Source: Eledone cirrhosa
Taxonomy: Eukaryota
Assembly (NCBI GenBank): GCA_964016885.1
Contig: OZ024748.1
Span: forward strand, 36,394,001 to 36,458,000
Direction of reading: 5' to 3'
Length of the DNA: 64,000 bases
Of the stretch, positions 43,501 to 58,710 are shown one piece after another (positions within the stretch are counted from its first letter, which is position 1; every line of letters starts with the position of its first letter). The notes under the pieces were generated by a model, which saw only the letters and a program-made list of their open reading frames with translations, was not told the DNA's origin and did no database searches. The translations under genes and the position numbers were made by a program.

Positions 43501-46199
43501 GTCATAGTTATAATATAAGGTTAACAACACAACCTAACAGTCTGTCATAGTTATAATATAAGGTTAACAACAACACAACCACACAGTCTGTCATAGTTAT
43601 AATATAAGGTTAACAACACAACCTCACAGTCTGTCATAGTTATAATATAAGTTTAACAACAACACAAGCTCACAGTCTGTCATAGTTATAATATAAGGTT
43701 AACAACACAACCTCACAGTCTGTCATAGTTATAATATAAGGTTAACAACAACACAATTTCACAGTCTGTTATAGTTATAACATAAGGTTAACAACACAAC
43801 CTCACAGTCTGTCATAGTTATAATATAAGGTTAACAACACAACCTCACAGTCTGTCATAGTTATAATATAAGGTTAACAACAACACAGCCTCACAGTCTG
43901 TCATAGTTATAATATAAGGTTAACAACACAACCTCACAGTCTCTCATAGTTATAATATAAGGTTAACAACAACACAGCCACACATTCTGTCATAGTTATA
44001 ATATAAGGTTAACAACACAACCTCACAGTCTGTCATAGTTATAATATAAGGTTAACAACACAACCTCACAGTCTGTCATAGTTATAATATAAGGTTAGCA
44101 ACACAACCTCACAGTCTGTCATAGTTATAATATAAGGTTAACAACAACACAGCCTCACAGTCTCTCATAGTTATAATATAAGGTTAACAACACATCCTAA
44201 CAGTCTGTCATAGTTATAATATAAGTTTAACAACACAACCTCACAGTCTGTCATAGTTATAATATAAGGTTAACAACACAACCTCACAGTCTGTCATAGT
44301 TATAATATAAGGTTAACAACACAACCTCACAGTCTGTCATAGTTATAATATAAGGTTAACAACAACACGACCTCACAGTCTGTCATAGTTATAATATAAG
44401 GTTAACAACACAACCTCACAGTCTGTCAGTTATAATATAAGGTTAACAACACAACCTCACAGTCTGTCATAGTTATAATATAAGGTTAACAACACAACCA
44501 CACAGTCTGTCATAGTTATAATATAAGGTTAACAACACAACCCCACAGTCTGTCATAGTTATAATATAAGGTTAACAACACAACCTCACAGTCTGTCATA
44601 GTTATAATATAAGGTTAACAACACAACCTCACAGTCTGTCATAGTTATAATATAAGGTTAACAGCAACAACACAACCTCACAGTCTGTCATAGTTATAAT
44701 ATAAGGTTAATAACAAGACAGGCACACAGTCTGTCATAGTTATAATATAAGGTTAACAACAACACAGCCACACAGTGTGTCATAGTTATAATATAAGGTT
44801 AACAACACACCCTCACAGTCTGTCATAGTTATAATATAAGGTTAACAACAACACAACCTCACAGTCTGTCATAGTTATAATATAAGGTTAACAACACAAC
44901 CTCACAATCTGTCATAGTTATAATACAAGGTTAACAACACAACCTAACAGTCTGTCATAGTTATAATATAAGGTTAACAACAACACAACCACACAGTCTT
45001 TCATACTTATAATATAAGGTTAACAACACAACCTCACAGTCTGTCATAGTTATTATATAAGGTTAACAACAACACAACCTCACAGTCCGTCATAGTTATA
45101 ATATAAGGTTAACAACACAACCTCACAGTCTTTCATAGTTATAATATAAGGTTAACAACACAACCTCACAGTCTTTCATAGTTATAATATAAGGTTAACA
45201 ACACAACCACACAGTCTGTCATAGTTATAATATAAGGTTAACAACACAACCTCACAGTCTGTCATAGTTATAATATAAGGTTAACAACACAACCTCACAG
45301 TCTGTCATAGTTATAATATAAGGTTAACAACACAACCTCACAGTCTGTCATAGTTATAATATAAGGTTAACAACACAACCTCACAGTCTGTCATAGTTAT
45401 AATATAAGGTTAACAACAGCACAACCACACAGTCTGTCATAGGTATAATATAAGGTTAACAACACAACCTCACAGTCTGTCATAGTTATAATATAAGGTT
45501 AACAACACAACCTCACAGTCTGTCATAGTTATAATATAAGGTTAACAACAACACAACCACACAGTCTGTTATAGTTATAATATAAGGTTAACAACACAAC
45601 CTCACAGTCTGTCATAGTTATAACATAAGTTTAACAACAATACAAGCTCACAGTCTGTCATAGTTATAATATAAGGTTAACAATACAACCACACAGTCTG
45701 TCAGTTATAATATAAGGTGAACAACACAACCTCACAGTCTGTCATAGTTATAATATAAGGTTAACAACAACAGAGCCACACAGTCTGTCATAGTTATAAT
45801 ATAAGGTTAACAACACAACCTCACAGTCTGTCATAGTTATAATATGAGGTTAACAACAACACAACCTCACAGTCTGTCATAGTTATAATATAAGGTTAAC
45901 AACACAACCTCACAGTCTGTCATAGTTATAATATAAGGTTAACAACAACAACACAACCTCACAGTCTGTCATAGTTATAATATAAGGTTAACAACAACAC
46001 AGCCACACAGTGTGTCATAGTTATAATATAAGGTTAACAACAAGACAGCCACACAGTCTGGCATAGTTATAATATAAGGTTAACAACAACACAGCCACAC
46101 AGTGTGTCATAGTTATAATATAAGGTTAACAACAACAGAGCCACACAGTCTGTCATAGTTATAATATAAGGTTAACAACACAACCTCACAGTCTGTCAT

Positions 46200-49100
46200 A
46201 GTTATAATATAAGGTTAACAACAACACAACCTCACAGTCTGTCATAGTTATAATCTAAGGTGAACAACACAACCTCACAGTCTGTCATAGTTATAATATA
46301 AGGTTAACAACACAACCTCACAGTCTGTCATAGTTATAATATAAGGTTAACAGCAACAACACAACCTCACAGTCTGTCATAGTTATAATATAAGGTTAAC
46401 AACAAGACAGCCACACAGTCTGTCATAGTTATAATATAAGGTTAACAACAACACAGCCACACAGTGTGTCATAGATATAATATAAGGTTAACAACACAAC
46501 CTCACAGTCTGTCATAGTTATAATATAAGGTTAACAACAACACAAGCTCACAGTCTGTCATAGATATAATATAAGGTTAACAACACAACCACACAGTCTG
46601 TCATAGTTATAATATAAGGTTAACAACAACACAAGCTCACAGTCTGTCATAGTTATAATATAAGGTTAACAACACAACCACACAGTCTGTCATAGTTATA
46701 ATATAAGGTTAACAACACAACCTCACAGTCTGTCATAGTTATAATATAAGGTTAACAACACAACCTCACAGTCTGTCATAGTTATAATATAAGGTTAACA
46801 ACACAACCTCACAGTCTGTCATAGTTATAATATAAGGTTAACAACACAACCTCACAGTCTGTCATAGTTATAATATAAGGTTAACAACACAACCTCACAG
46901 TCTGTCATAGTTATAATATAAGGTTAACAACACAACCTCACAGTCTGTCATAGTTATAATATAAGGTTAACAACACAACCTCACAGTCTGTCATAGTTAT
47001 AATATAAGGTTAACCTACAGCACAACCACACAGTCTGTCATAGTTATAATATAAGGTTAACAACACAACCTCACAGTCTGTCATAGTTATAATATAAGGT
47101 TAACAACACAACCTCACAGTCTGTCATAGTTATAATATAAGGTTAACAACAACACAACCACACAGTCTGTTATAGTTATAATATAAGGTTAACAACACAA
47201 CCTCACAGTCTGTCATAGTTATAATATAAGTTTAACAACAATACAAGCTCACAGTCTGTCATAGTTATAATATAAGGTTAACAATACAACCACACAGTTT
47301 GTCAGTTATAATATAAGGTTAACAACACAACCACACAGTCTGTCATAGTTATAATATAAGGTTAACAACAACAGAGCCACACAGTCTGTCATAGTTATAA
47401 TATAAGGTTAACAACACAACCTCACAGTCTGTCATAGTTATAATATAAGTTTAACAACAATACAAGCTCACAGTCTGTCATAGTTATAATATAAGGTTAA
47501 CAATACAACCACACAGTCTGTCAGTTATAATATAAGGTTAACAACACAACCTCACAGTCTGTCATAGTTATAATATAAGGTTAACAACAACAGAGCCACA
47601 CAGTCTGTCATAGTTATAATATAAGGTTAACAACACAACCTCACAGTCTGTCATAGTTATAATATGAGGTTAACAACAACACAACCTCACAGTCTGTCAT
47701 AGTTATAATATAAGGTTAACAACACAACCTCACAGTCTGTCATAGTTATAATATAAGGTTAACAACAACAACACAACCTCACAGTCTGTCATAGTTATAA
47801 TATAAGGTTAACAACAACACAGCCACACAGTGTGTCATAGTTATAATATAAGGTTAACAACAAGACAACCTCACAGTCTGTCATAGTTATAATATAAGGT
47901 TAACAACAACACAACCTCACAGTCTGTCATAGTTATAATCTAAGGTGAACAACACAACCTCACAGTCTGTCATAGTTATAATATAAGGTTAACAACACAA
48001 CCTCACAGTCTGTCATAGTTATAATATAAGGTTAACAGCAACAACACAACCTCACAGTCTGTCATAGTTATAATATAAGGTTAACAACAAGACAGCCACA
48101 CAGTCTGTCATAGTTATAATATAAGGTTAACAACAACACAGCCACACAGTGTGTCATAGATATAATATAAGGTTAACAACACAACCTCACAGTCTGTCAT
48201 AGTTATAATATAAGGTTAACAACAACACAAGCTCACAGTCTGTCATAGATATAATATAAGGTTAACAACACAACCACACAGTCTGTCATAGTTATAATAT
48301 AAGGTTAACAACAACACAAGCTCACAGTCTGTCATAGTTATAATATAAGGTTAACAACACAACCACACAGTCTGTCATAGTTATAATATAAGGTTAACAA
48401 CACAACCTCACAGTCTGTCATAGTTATAATATAAGGTTAACAACACAACCTCACAGTCTGTCATAGTTATAATATAAGGTTAACAACACAACCTCACAGT
48501 CTGTCATAGTTATAATATAAGGTTAACAACACAACCTCACAGTCTGTCATAGTTATAATATAAGGTTAACAACACAACCTCACAGTCTGTCATAGTTATA
48601 ATATAAGGTTAACAACACAACCTCACAGTCTGTCATAGTTATAATATAAGGTTAACAACACAACCTCACAGTCTGTCATAGTTATAATATAAGGTTAACC
48701 TACAGCACAACCACACAGTCTGTCATAGTTATAATATAAGGTTAACAACACAACCTCACAGTCTGTCATAGTTATAATATAAGGTTAACAACACAACCTC
48801 ACAGTCTGTCATAGTTATAATATAAGGTTAACAACAACACAACCACACAGTCTGTTATAGTTATAATATAAGGTTAACAACACAACCTCACAGTCTGTCA
48901 TAGTTATAATATAAGTTTAACAACAATACAAGCTCACAGTCTGTCATAGTTATAATATAAGGTTAACAATACAACCACACAGTTTGTCAGTTATAATATA
49001 AGGTTAACAACACAACCACACAGTCTGTCATAGTTATAATATAAGGTTAACAACAACAGAGCCACACAGTCTGTCATAGTTATAATATAAGGTTAACAAC

Positions 49101-51800
49101 ACAACCTCACAGTCTGTCATAGTTATAATATAAGTTTAACAACAATACAAGCTCACAGTCTGTCATAGTTATAATATAAGGTTAACAATACAACCACACA
49201 GTCTGTCAGTTATAATATAAGGTTAACAACACAACCTCACAGTCTGTCATAGTTATAATATAAGGTTAACAACAACAGAGCCACACAGTCTGTCATAGTT
49301 ATAATATAAGGTTAACAACACAACCTCACAGTCTGTCATAGTTATAATATGAGGTTAACAACAACACAACCTCACAGTCTGTCATAGTTATAATATAAGG
49401 TTAACAACACAACCTCACAGTCTGTCATAGTTATAATATAAGGTTAACAACAACAACACAACCTCACAGTCTGTCATAGTTATAATATAAGGTTAACAAC
49501 AACACAGCCACACAGTGTGTCATAGTTATAATATAAGGTTAACAACAAGACAGCCACACAGTCTGTCATAGTTATAATATAAGGTTAACAACAACACAGC
49601 CACACAGTGTGTCATAGTTATAATATAAGGTTAACAACAACAGAGCCACACAGTCTGTCATAGTTATAATATAAGGTTAACAACACAACCTCACAGTCTG
49701 TCATAGTTATAATATAAGGTTAACAACAACACAACCTCACAGTCTGTCATAGTTATAATCTAAGGTGAACAACACAACCTCACAGTCTGTCATAGTTATA
49801 ATATAAGGTTAACAACACAACCTCACAGTCTGTCATAGTTATAATATAAGGTTAACAGCAACAACACAACCTCACAGTCTGTCATAGTTATAATATAAGG
49901 TTAACAACAAGACAGCCACACAGTCTGTCATAGTTATAATATAAGGTTAACAACAACACAGCCACACAGTGTGTCATAGTTATAATATAAGGTTAACAAC
50001 ACAACCTCACAGTCTGTCATAGTTATAATATAAGGTTAACAACAACACAAGCTCACAGTCTGTCATAGATATAATATAAGGTTAACAACACAACCACACA
50101 GGCTGTCATAGTTATAATATAAGGTTAACAACAACACAAGCTCACAGTCTGTCATAGTTATAATATAAGGTTAACAACACAACCACACAGTCTGTCATAG
50201 TTATAAAATAAGGTTAACAACACAACCTCACAGTCTGTCATAGTTATAATATAAGGTTAACAACACAACCTCACAGTCTGTCATAGTTATAATATAAGGT
50301 TAACAACACAACCTCACAGTCTGTCATAGTTATAATATAAGGTTAACAACACAACCTCACAGTCTGTCATAGTTATAGTATAAGGTTAACAACACAACCT
50401 CACAGTCTGTCATAGTTATAGTATAAGGTTAACAACACAACCTCACAGTCTGTCATAGTTATAATATAAGGTTAACAACACAACCTCACAGACTGTCATA
50501 GTTATAATATAAGGTTAACAACAGCACAACCACACAGTCTGTCATAGTTATAATATAAGGTTAACAACACAACCTCACAGTCTGTCATAGTTATAATATA
50601 AGGTTAACAACACAACCTCACAGTCTGTCATAGTTATAATATAAGGTTAACAACAACACAACCTCACAGTCTGTCATAGTTATAATATAAGGTTAACAAC
50701 ACAACCTCACAGTCTGTCATAGTTATAATATAAGGTTAACAACACAACCTCACAGTCTGTCATAGTTATAATATAAGGTTAACCTACAGCACAACCACAC
50801 AGTCTGTCATAGTTATAATATAAGGTTAACAACACAACCTCACAGTCTGTCATAGTTATAATATAAGGTTAACAACACAACCTCACAGTCTGTCATAGTT
50901 ATAATATAAGGTTAACAACAACACAACCACACAGTCTGTTATAGTTATAATATAAGGTTAACAACACAACCTCACAGTCTGTCATAGTTATAATATAAGT
51001 TTAACAACAATACAAGCTCACAGTCTGTCATAGTTATAATATAAGGTTAACAATACAACCACACAGTTTGTCAGTTATAATATAAGGTTAACAACACAAC
51101 CACACAGTCTGTCATAGTTATAATATAAGGTTAACAACAACAGAGCCACACAGTCTGTCATAGTTATAATATAAGGTTAACAACACAACCTCACAGTCTG
51201 TCATAGTTATAATATAAGTTTAACAACAATACAAGCTCACAGTCTGTCATAGTTATAATATAAGGTTAACAATACAACCACACAGTCTGTCAGTTATAAT
51301 ATAAGGTTAACAACACAACCTCACAGTCTGTCATAGTTATAATATAAGGTTAACAACAACAGAGCCACACAGTCTGTCATAGTTATAATATAAGGTTAAC
51401 AACACAACCTCACAGTCTGTCATAGTTATAATATGAGGTTAACAACAACACAACCTCACAGTCTGTCATAGTTATAATATAAGGTTAACAACACAACCTC
51501 ACAGTCTGTCATAGTTATAATATAAGGTTAACAACAACAACACAACCTCACAGTCTGTCATAGTTATAATATAAGGTTAACAACAACACAGCCACACAGT
51601 GTGTCATAGTTATAATATAAGGTTAACAACAAGACAGCCACACAGTCTGTCATAGTTATAATATAAGGTTAACAACAACACAGCCACACAGTGTGTCATA
51701 GTTATAATATAAGGTTAACAACAACAGAGCCACACAGTCTGTCATAGTTATAATATAAGGTTAACAACACAACCTCACAGTCTGTCATAGTTATAATATA
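46200..51800. repeat. Three related higher-order blocks, offsets 1685 and 2084 bp; boundaries approximate
   Basis: CCTACAGCAC at 47014, 48699 and 50783, each followed by the AGTTTGTCAG variant and the same variant order. Confidence 0.8.
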
Positions 51801-54800
51801 AGGTTAACAACACAACCTCACAGTCTGTCATAGTTATAATATAAGGTTAACAATACAACCACACAGTCTGTCAGTAATAATATAAGGTTAACAACACAAC
51901 CACACAGTCTGTCATAGTTATAATATAAGGTTAACAACAACAGAGCCACACAGTCTGTCATAGTTATAATATAAGGTTAACAACACAACCTCACAGTCTG
52001 TCATAGTTATAATATAAGGTTAACAACACAACCTCACAGTCTGTCATAGTTATAATATAAGGTTAACAACAACACAACCTCACAGTCTGTCATAGTTATA
52101 ATATAAGGTTAACAACAACAGAGCCTCACAGTCTGTCATAGTTATAATATAAGATTAACAACACAACCTCACAGACTGTCAGTTATAATATAAGGTTAAC
52201 AACACAACCTCAAAATCTGTCATAGTTATAATATAAGGTTAACAACACAACCACACAGTCTGTCATAGTTATTATATAAGGTTAACAACACAACCTCACA
52301 GTCTTTCATAGTTATAATATAAGGGTAACAACACAACCTCACAGTTTTTCATTGTTATAATATAAGGTTAACAACACAACCTCACAGTCTTTCATAGTTA
52401 TAATATAAGGTTAACAACACAACCTCACAGTCTGTCATAGTTATTATATAAGGTTAACAACAACACAACCTCACAGTCTGTCATAGTTATAATATAATGT
52501 TAACAACACAACCTCACAGTCTTTCATAGTTATAATATAAGGTTAACAACAGAACCTCACAGTCTGTCATAGTTATAATATGAGGTGAACAACACAACCA
52601 CACAGTCTGTCATAGTTATAATATAAGGTTAACAACACAACCTCACAGTCTTTCATAGTTATAATATAAGGTTAACAACACAACCACACAGTCTGTCATA
52701 GTTATAATATAAGGTTAACAACACAACCTCACAGTATGTCATAGTTATAATATAAGGTTAACAACACAACCTCACAGTCTGTCATAGTTATAATATAAGG
52801 TTAACAACACAACCTCACAGTATGTCATAGTTATAATATCAGGTTAACAACACAACCTCACAGTCTGTCATAGTTATAATATAAGGTTAACAACAGCACA
52901 ACCACACAGTCTGTCATAGTTATAATATAAGGTTAACAAAACAACCTCACAGTCTGTCATAGTTATAATATAAGGTTAACAACACAACCTCACAGTCTGT
53001 CATAGTTATAATATAAGGTTAACAACAACACAACCACACAGTCTGTTATAGTTATAATATAAGGTTAACAACACAACCTCACAGTCTGTCATAGTTATAA
53101 CATAAGTTTAACAACAATAGAAGCTCACAGTCTGTCATAGTTATAATATAAGGTTAACAATACAACCACACAGTCTGTCAGTTATAATATAAGGTTAACA
53201 ACACAACCTCACAGTCTGTCATTGTTATAATATAAGGTTAACAACAACAGAGCCACACAGTCTGTCATAGTTATAATATAAGGTTAACAACACAACCTCA
53301 CAGTCTGTCATAGTTATAATATAAGGTTAACAACAACACAACCTCACACTCTGTCATAGTTATAATATAAGGTTAACAACACAACCTCACAGTCTGTCAT
53401 AGTTATAATATAAGGTTAACAACAACAACACAACCTCACAGTCTGTCATAGTTATAATATAAGGTTAACAACAAGACAGCCACACAGTCTGTCATAGTTA
53501 TAATATAAGGTTAACAACTACACAGCCACACAGTGTGTCATAGTTATAATATAAGGTTAACAATAACAGAGCCACACAGTCTGTCATAGTTATAATATAA
53601 GGTTAACAACACAACCTCACAGTCTGTCATAGTTATAATATAAGGTTAACAACAACACAACCTCACAGTCTGTCATAGTTATAATATAAGGTTAACAACA
53701 CAACCTCACAGTCTGTCATAGTTATAATATAAGGTTAACAGCAACAACACAACCTCACAGTCTGTCATAGTTATAATATAAGGTTAACAACAAGACAGCC
53801 ACACAGTCTGTCATAGTTATAATATAAGGTTAACAACAACACAGCCACACAGTGTGTCATAGTTATAATATAAGGTTAACAACACAACCTCACAGTCTGT
53901 CATAGTTATAATATAAGGTTAACAACAACACAAGCTCACAGTCTGTCATAGTTATAATATAAGGTTAACAACACAACCACACAGTCTGTCATAGTTATAA
54001 TATAAGGTTAACAACACAACCTCACAGTCTGTAATAGTTATAATATAAGGTTAACAACACAACTTCACAGTCTGTCATAGTTATAATATAAGGTTAACAA
54101 CACAACCTCACAGTCTGTCATAGTTATAATATAAGGTTAACAACACAACTTCACAGTCAGTCATAGTTATAATATAAGGTTAACAACACAACCTCACAGT
54201 CTGTCATAGTTATAATATAAGGTTAACAACACAACCTCACAGGCTGTCATAGTTATAATATAAGGTTAACAACACAACCTCACAGTCTGTCATAGTTATA
54301 ATATAAGGTTAACAACAGCACAACCACACATTCTGTCATAGTTATAATATAAGGTTAACAACACAACCTCACAGTCTGTCATAGTTATAATATAAGGTTA
54401 ACAACACAACCTCACAGTCTGTCATAGTTATAATATAAGGTTAACAACAAAACAACCAGACAGTCTGTTATAGTTATAATATGAGGTTAACAACACAACC
54501 TCACAGTCTGTCATAGTTATAATATAAGTTTAACAACAATACAAGCTCACAGTCTGTCATAGTTATAATATAAGGTTAACAATACAACCACACAGTCTGT
54601 CAGTTATAATATAAGGTTAACAACACAACCTCACAGTCTGTCATAGTTATAATATAAGGTTAACAACAACAGAGCCACACAGTCTGTCATAGTTATAATA
54701 TAAGGTTAACAACAACACAACCTCACAGTCTGTCATAGTTATAATATAAGGTTAACAACACAACCTCACAGTCTGTCATAGTTATAATATAAGGTTAACA

Positions 54801-55509
54801 ACAACAACACAACCTCATAGTCTGTCATAGTTATAATATAAGGTTAACAACAAGACAGCCACACAGTCTGTCATAGTTATAATATAAGGTTAACAACAAC
54901 ACAGCCACACAGTGTGTCATAGTTATAATATAAGGTTAACAACACAACCTCACAGTCTGTCATAGTTATAATATAAAGTTAACAACAACACAACCTCACA
55001 GTCTGTCATAGTTATAATATAAGGTTAACAACACAACCTCACAGTCTGTCATAGTTATAATATAAGGTTAACAACAACACAACCTCACAGTCTGTCATAG
55101 TTATAATATAAGGTTAACAACACAACCTCACAGTCTGTCATAGTTATAATATAAGGTTAACAACACAACCTCACAGTCTGTCATAGTTATAATATAAGGT
55201 TAACAACAACACAACCACACAGTCTGTCATAGTTATAATATAAGGTTAACAACACAACCTCACACTCTGTCATAGTTATAATATAAGTTTAAAAACAACA
55301 CAAGCTCACAATCTGTCATAGTTATAATATAAGGTTAACAACACAACCACACAGTCTATCATAGTTATAATATAAGGTTAACAACACAACCACACAGTCT
55401 GTCATAGTTATAATATAAGGTTAACAATACAACCACACAGTCTGTCATAGTTATAATATAAGGTTAACAACACAACCTCACAGTCTGTCATATTTATAAT
55501 ATAAGGTTA

Positions 55510-58500
55510 ACAACACAACCACACAGTCTGTCATAGTTATAATATAATGTTACAACACAACCACACAGTCTGTCATAGTTATAATATAAGGTTAACAACA
55601 ACACAGCCTCACAGTCTATCATAGTTATAATATAAGGTTAACAACACAAGCTCACAGTCTGTCATAGTTATAACATAAGGTTAACAACACAACCACACAG
55701 TCTGTCATAGTTATAATATAAGGTTAACAACAACACCAGCTCACAGTCTGTCATAGTTATAATATAAGGTTAACAACACAACCACACAGTCTCTCATAGT
55801 TATAATATAAGGTTAACAACACAAACTCACAGTCTGTCATAGTTATAATATAAGGTTAACAACACAAGCTCACAGTCTGTCATAGTTATAATATAAGGTT
55901 AACAACAACACAAGCTCACAGTCTGTCATAGTTATAATATAAGGTTAACAACACAACCTCACAGTCTGTCATAGTTATAATATAAGGTTAACAATAACAC
56001 AACCTCACAGTCTGTCATAGTTATAATATAAGGTTAACAACACAAACTCACAGTCTGTCATAGTTATAATATAAGGTTAACAACAACAACACAACCTCAC
56101 AGTCTGTCATAGTTATAATATAAGGTTAACAACAAGACAGCCACACAGTCTGTCATAGTTATAATATAAGGTTAACAACAACACAGCCACACAGTGTGTC
56201 ATAGTTATAATATAAGGTTAACAACACAACCTCACAGTCTGTCATAGTTATAATATAAGGTTAACAACAGCACAACCTCACAGTCTGTCATAGTTATAAT
56301 ATAAGGTTAACAACACAACCTCACAGTCTCTCATAGTTATAATATAAGGTTAACAACAACACAACCTCACAGTCTGTCATAGTTATAATATATGGTTAAC
56401 AACACAACCTCACAGTCTGTCATAGTTATAATATAAGGTTAACAACACAACCTCACAGTCTGTCATAGTTATAATATAAGGTTAACAACAACACAACCAC
56501 ACAGTCTGTCATAGTTATAATATAAGGTTAACAACACAACCTCACAGTCCGTCATAGTTATAATATAAGTTTAACAACAACACAAGCTCACACTCTGTCA
56601 TAGTTATAATATAAGGTCAATAACACAACCTCACAGTCTGTCATAGTTATAATATAAGGGTGACAACACAACCTCACAGTCTGTTATAGTTATAATATAA
56701 GGTTAACAACACAACCTCACAGTCTGTCATAGTTATAATATAAGGTTAACAACACAACCTCACAGTCTGTCATAGTTACAATATAAGGTTAACAACAACA
56801 CAGCCTCACAGTCTGTCATAGTTATAATATAAGGTTAACAACAACACAGCCTCACAGTCTGTCATAGTTATAATATAAGTTTAACAACAACAACACAACC
56901 CCACAGTCTGTTAATTGTTATAATATAAGGTTAACAACACAACCTCACAGTCTGTCATAGTTATAATATAAGGTTAACAACACAACCTCACAGTCTGTCA
57001 TAGTTATAATATAAGGTTAACAACACAACCTCACAGTCTTTCATAGTTATAATATAAGGTTAACAACAACACAACCTCACAGTCTGTCATAGTTATAATA
57101 TAAGGTTAACAACACAACCACACAGTCTGTCATAGTTATAATATAATGTTACAACACAACCACACAGTCTGTCATAGTTATAATATAAGGTTAACAACAA
57201 CACAGCCTCACAGTCTATCATAGTTATAATATAAGGTTAACAACACAAGCTCACAGTCTGTCATAGTTATAACATAAGGTTAACAACACAACCACACAGT
57301 CTGTCATAGTTATAATATAAGGTTAACAACAACACCAGCTCACAGTCTGTCATAGTTATAATATAAGGTTAACAACACAACCACACAGTCTCTCATAGTT
57401 ATAATATAAGGTTAACAACACAAACTCACAGTCTGTCATAGTTATAATATAAGGTTAACAACACAAGCTCACAGTCTGTCATAGTTATAATATAAGGTTA
57501 ACAACAACACAAGCTCACAGTCTGTCATAGTTATAATATAAGGTTAACAACACAACCTCACAGTCTGTCATAGTTATAATATAAGGTTAACAATAACACA
57601 ACCTCACAGTCTGTCATAGTTATAATATAAGGTTAACAACACAAACTCACAGTCTGTCATAGTTATAATATAAGGTTAACAACAACAACACAACCTCACA
57701 GTCTGTCATAGTTATAATATAAGGTTAACAACAAGACAGCCACACAGTCTGTCATAGTTATAATATAAGGTTAACAACAACACAGCCACACAGTGTGTCA
57801 TAGTTATAATATAAGGTTAACAACACAACCTCACAGTCTGTCATAGTTATAATATAAGGTTAACAACAGCACAACCTCACAGTCTGTCATAGTTATAATA
57901 TAAGGTTAACAACACAACCTCACAGTCTCTCATAGTTATAATATAAGGTTAACAACAACACAACCTCACAGTCTGTCATAGTTATAATATATGGTTAACA
58001 ACACAACCTCACAGTCTGTCATAGTTATAATATAAGGTTAACAACACAACCTCACAGTCTGTCATAGTTATAATATAAGGTTAACAACAACACAACCACA
58101 CAGTCTGTCATAGTTATAATATAAGGTTAACAACACAACCTCACAGTCCGTCATAGTTATAATATAAGTTTAACAACAACACAAGCTCACACTCTGTCAT
58201 AGTTATAATATAAGGTCAATAACACAACCTCACAGTCTGTCATAGTTATAATATAAGGGTGACAACACAACCTCACAGTCTGTTATAGTTATAATATAAG
58301 GTTAACAACACAACCTCACAGTCTGTCATAGTTATAATATAAGGTTAACAACACAACCTCACAGTCTGTCATAGTTATAATATAAGGTTAACAACAACAC
58401 AGCCTCACAGTCTGTCATAGTTATAATATAAGGTTAACAACAACACAGCCTCACAGTCTGTCATAGTTATAATATAAGTTTAACAACAACAACACAACCC

Positions 58501-58710
58501 CACAGTCTGTTAATTGTTATAATATAAGGTTAACAACACAACCTCACAGTCTGTCATAGTTATAATATAAGGTTAACAACACAACCTCACAGTCTGTCAT
58601 AGTTATAATATAAGGTTAACAACACAACCTCACAGTCTTTCATAGTTATAATATAAGGTTAACAACAACACAACCTCACAGTCTGTCATAGTTATAATAT
58701 AAGGTTAACA
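55510..58710. repeat. Higher-order tandem duplication, offset 1599 bp
   Basis: AATGTTACAAC variant (TAC at 55551/57150) and TTAATTGTTA at 56911/58510. Confidence 0.9.
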
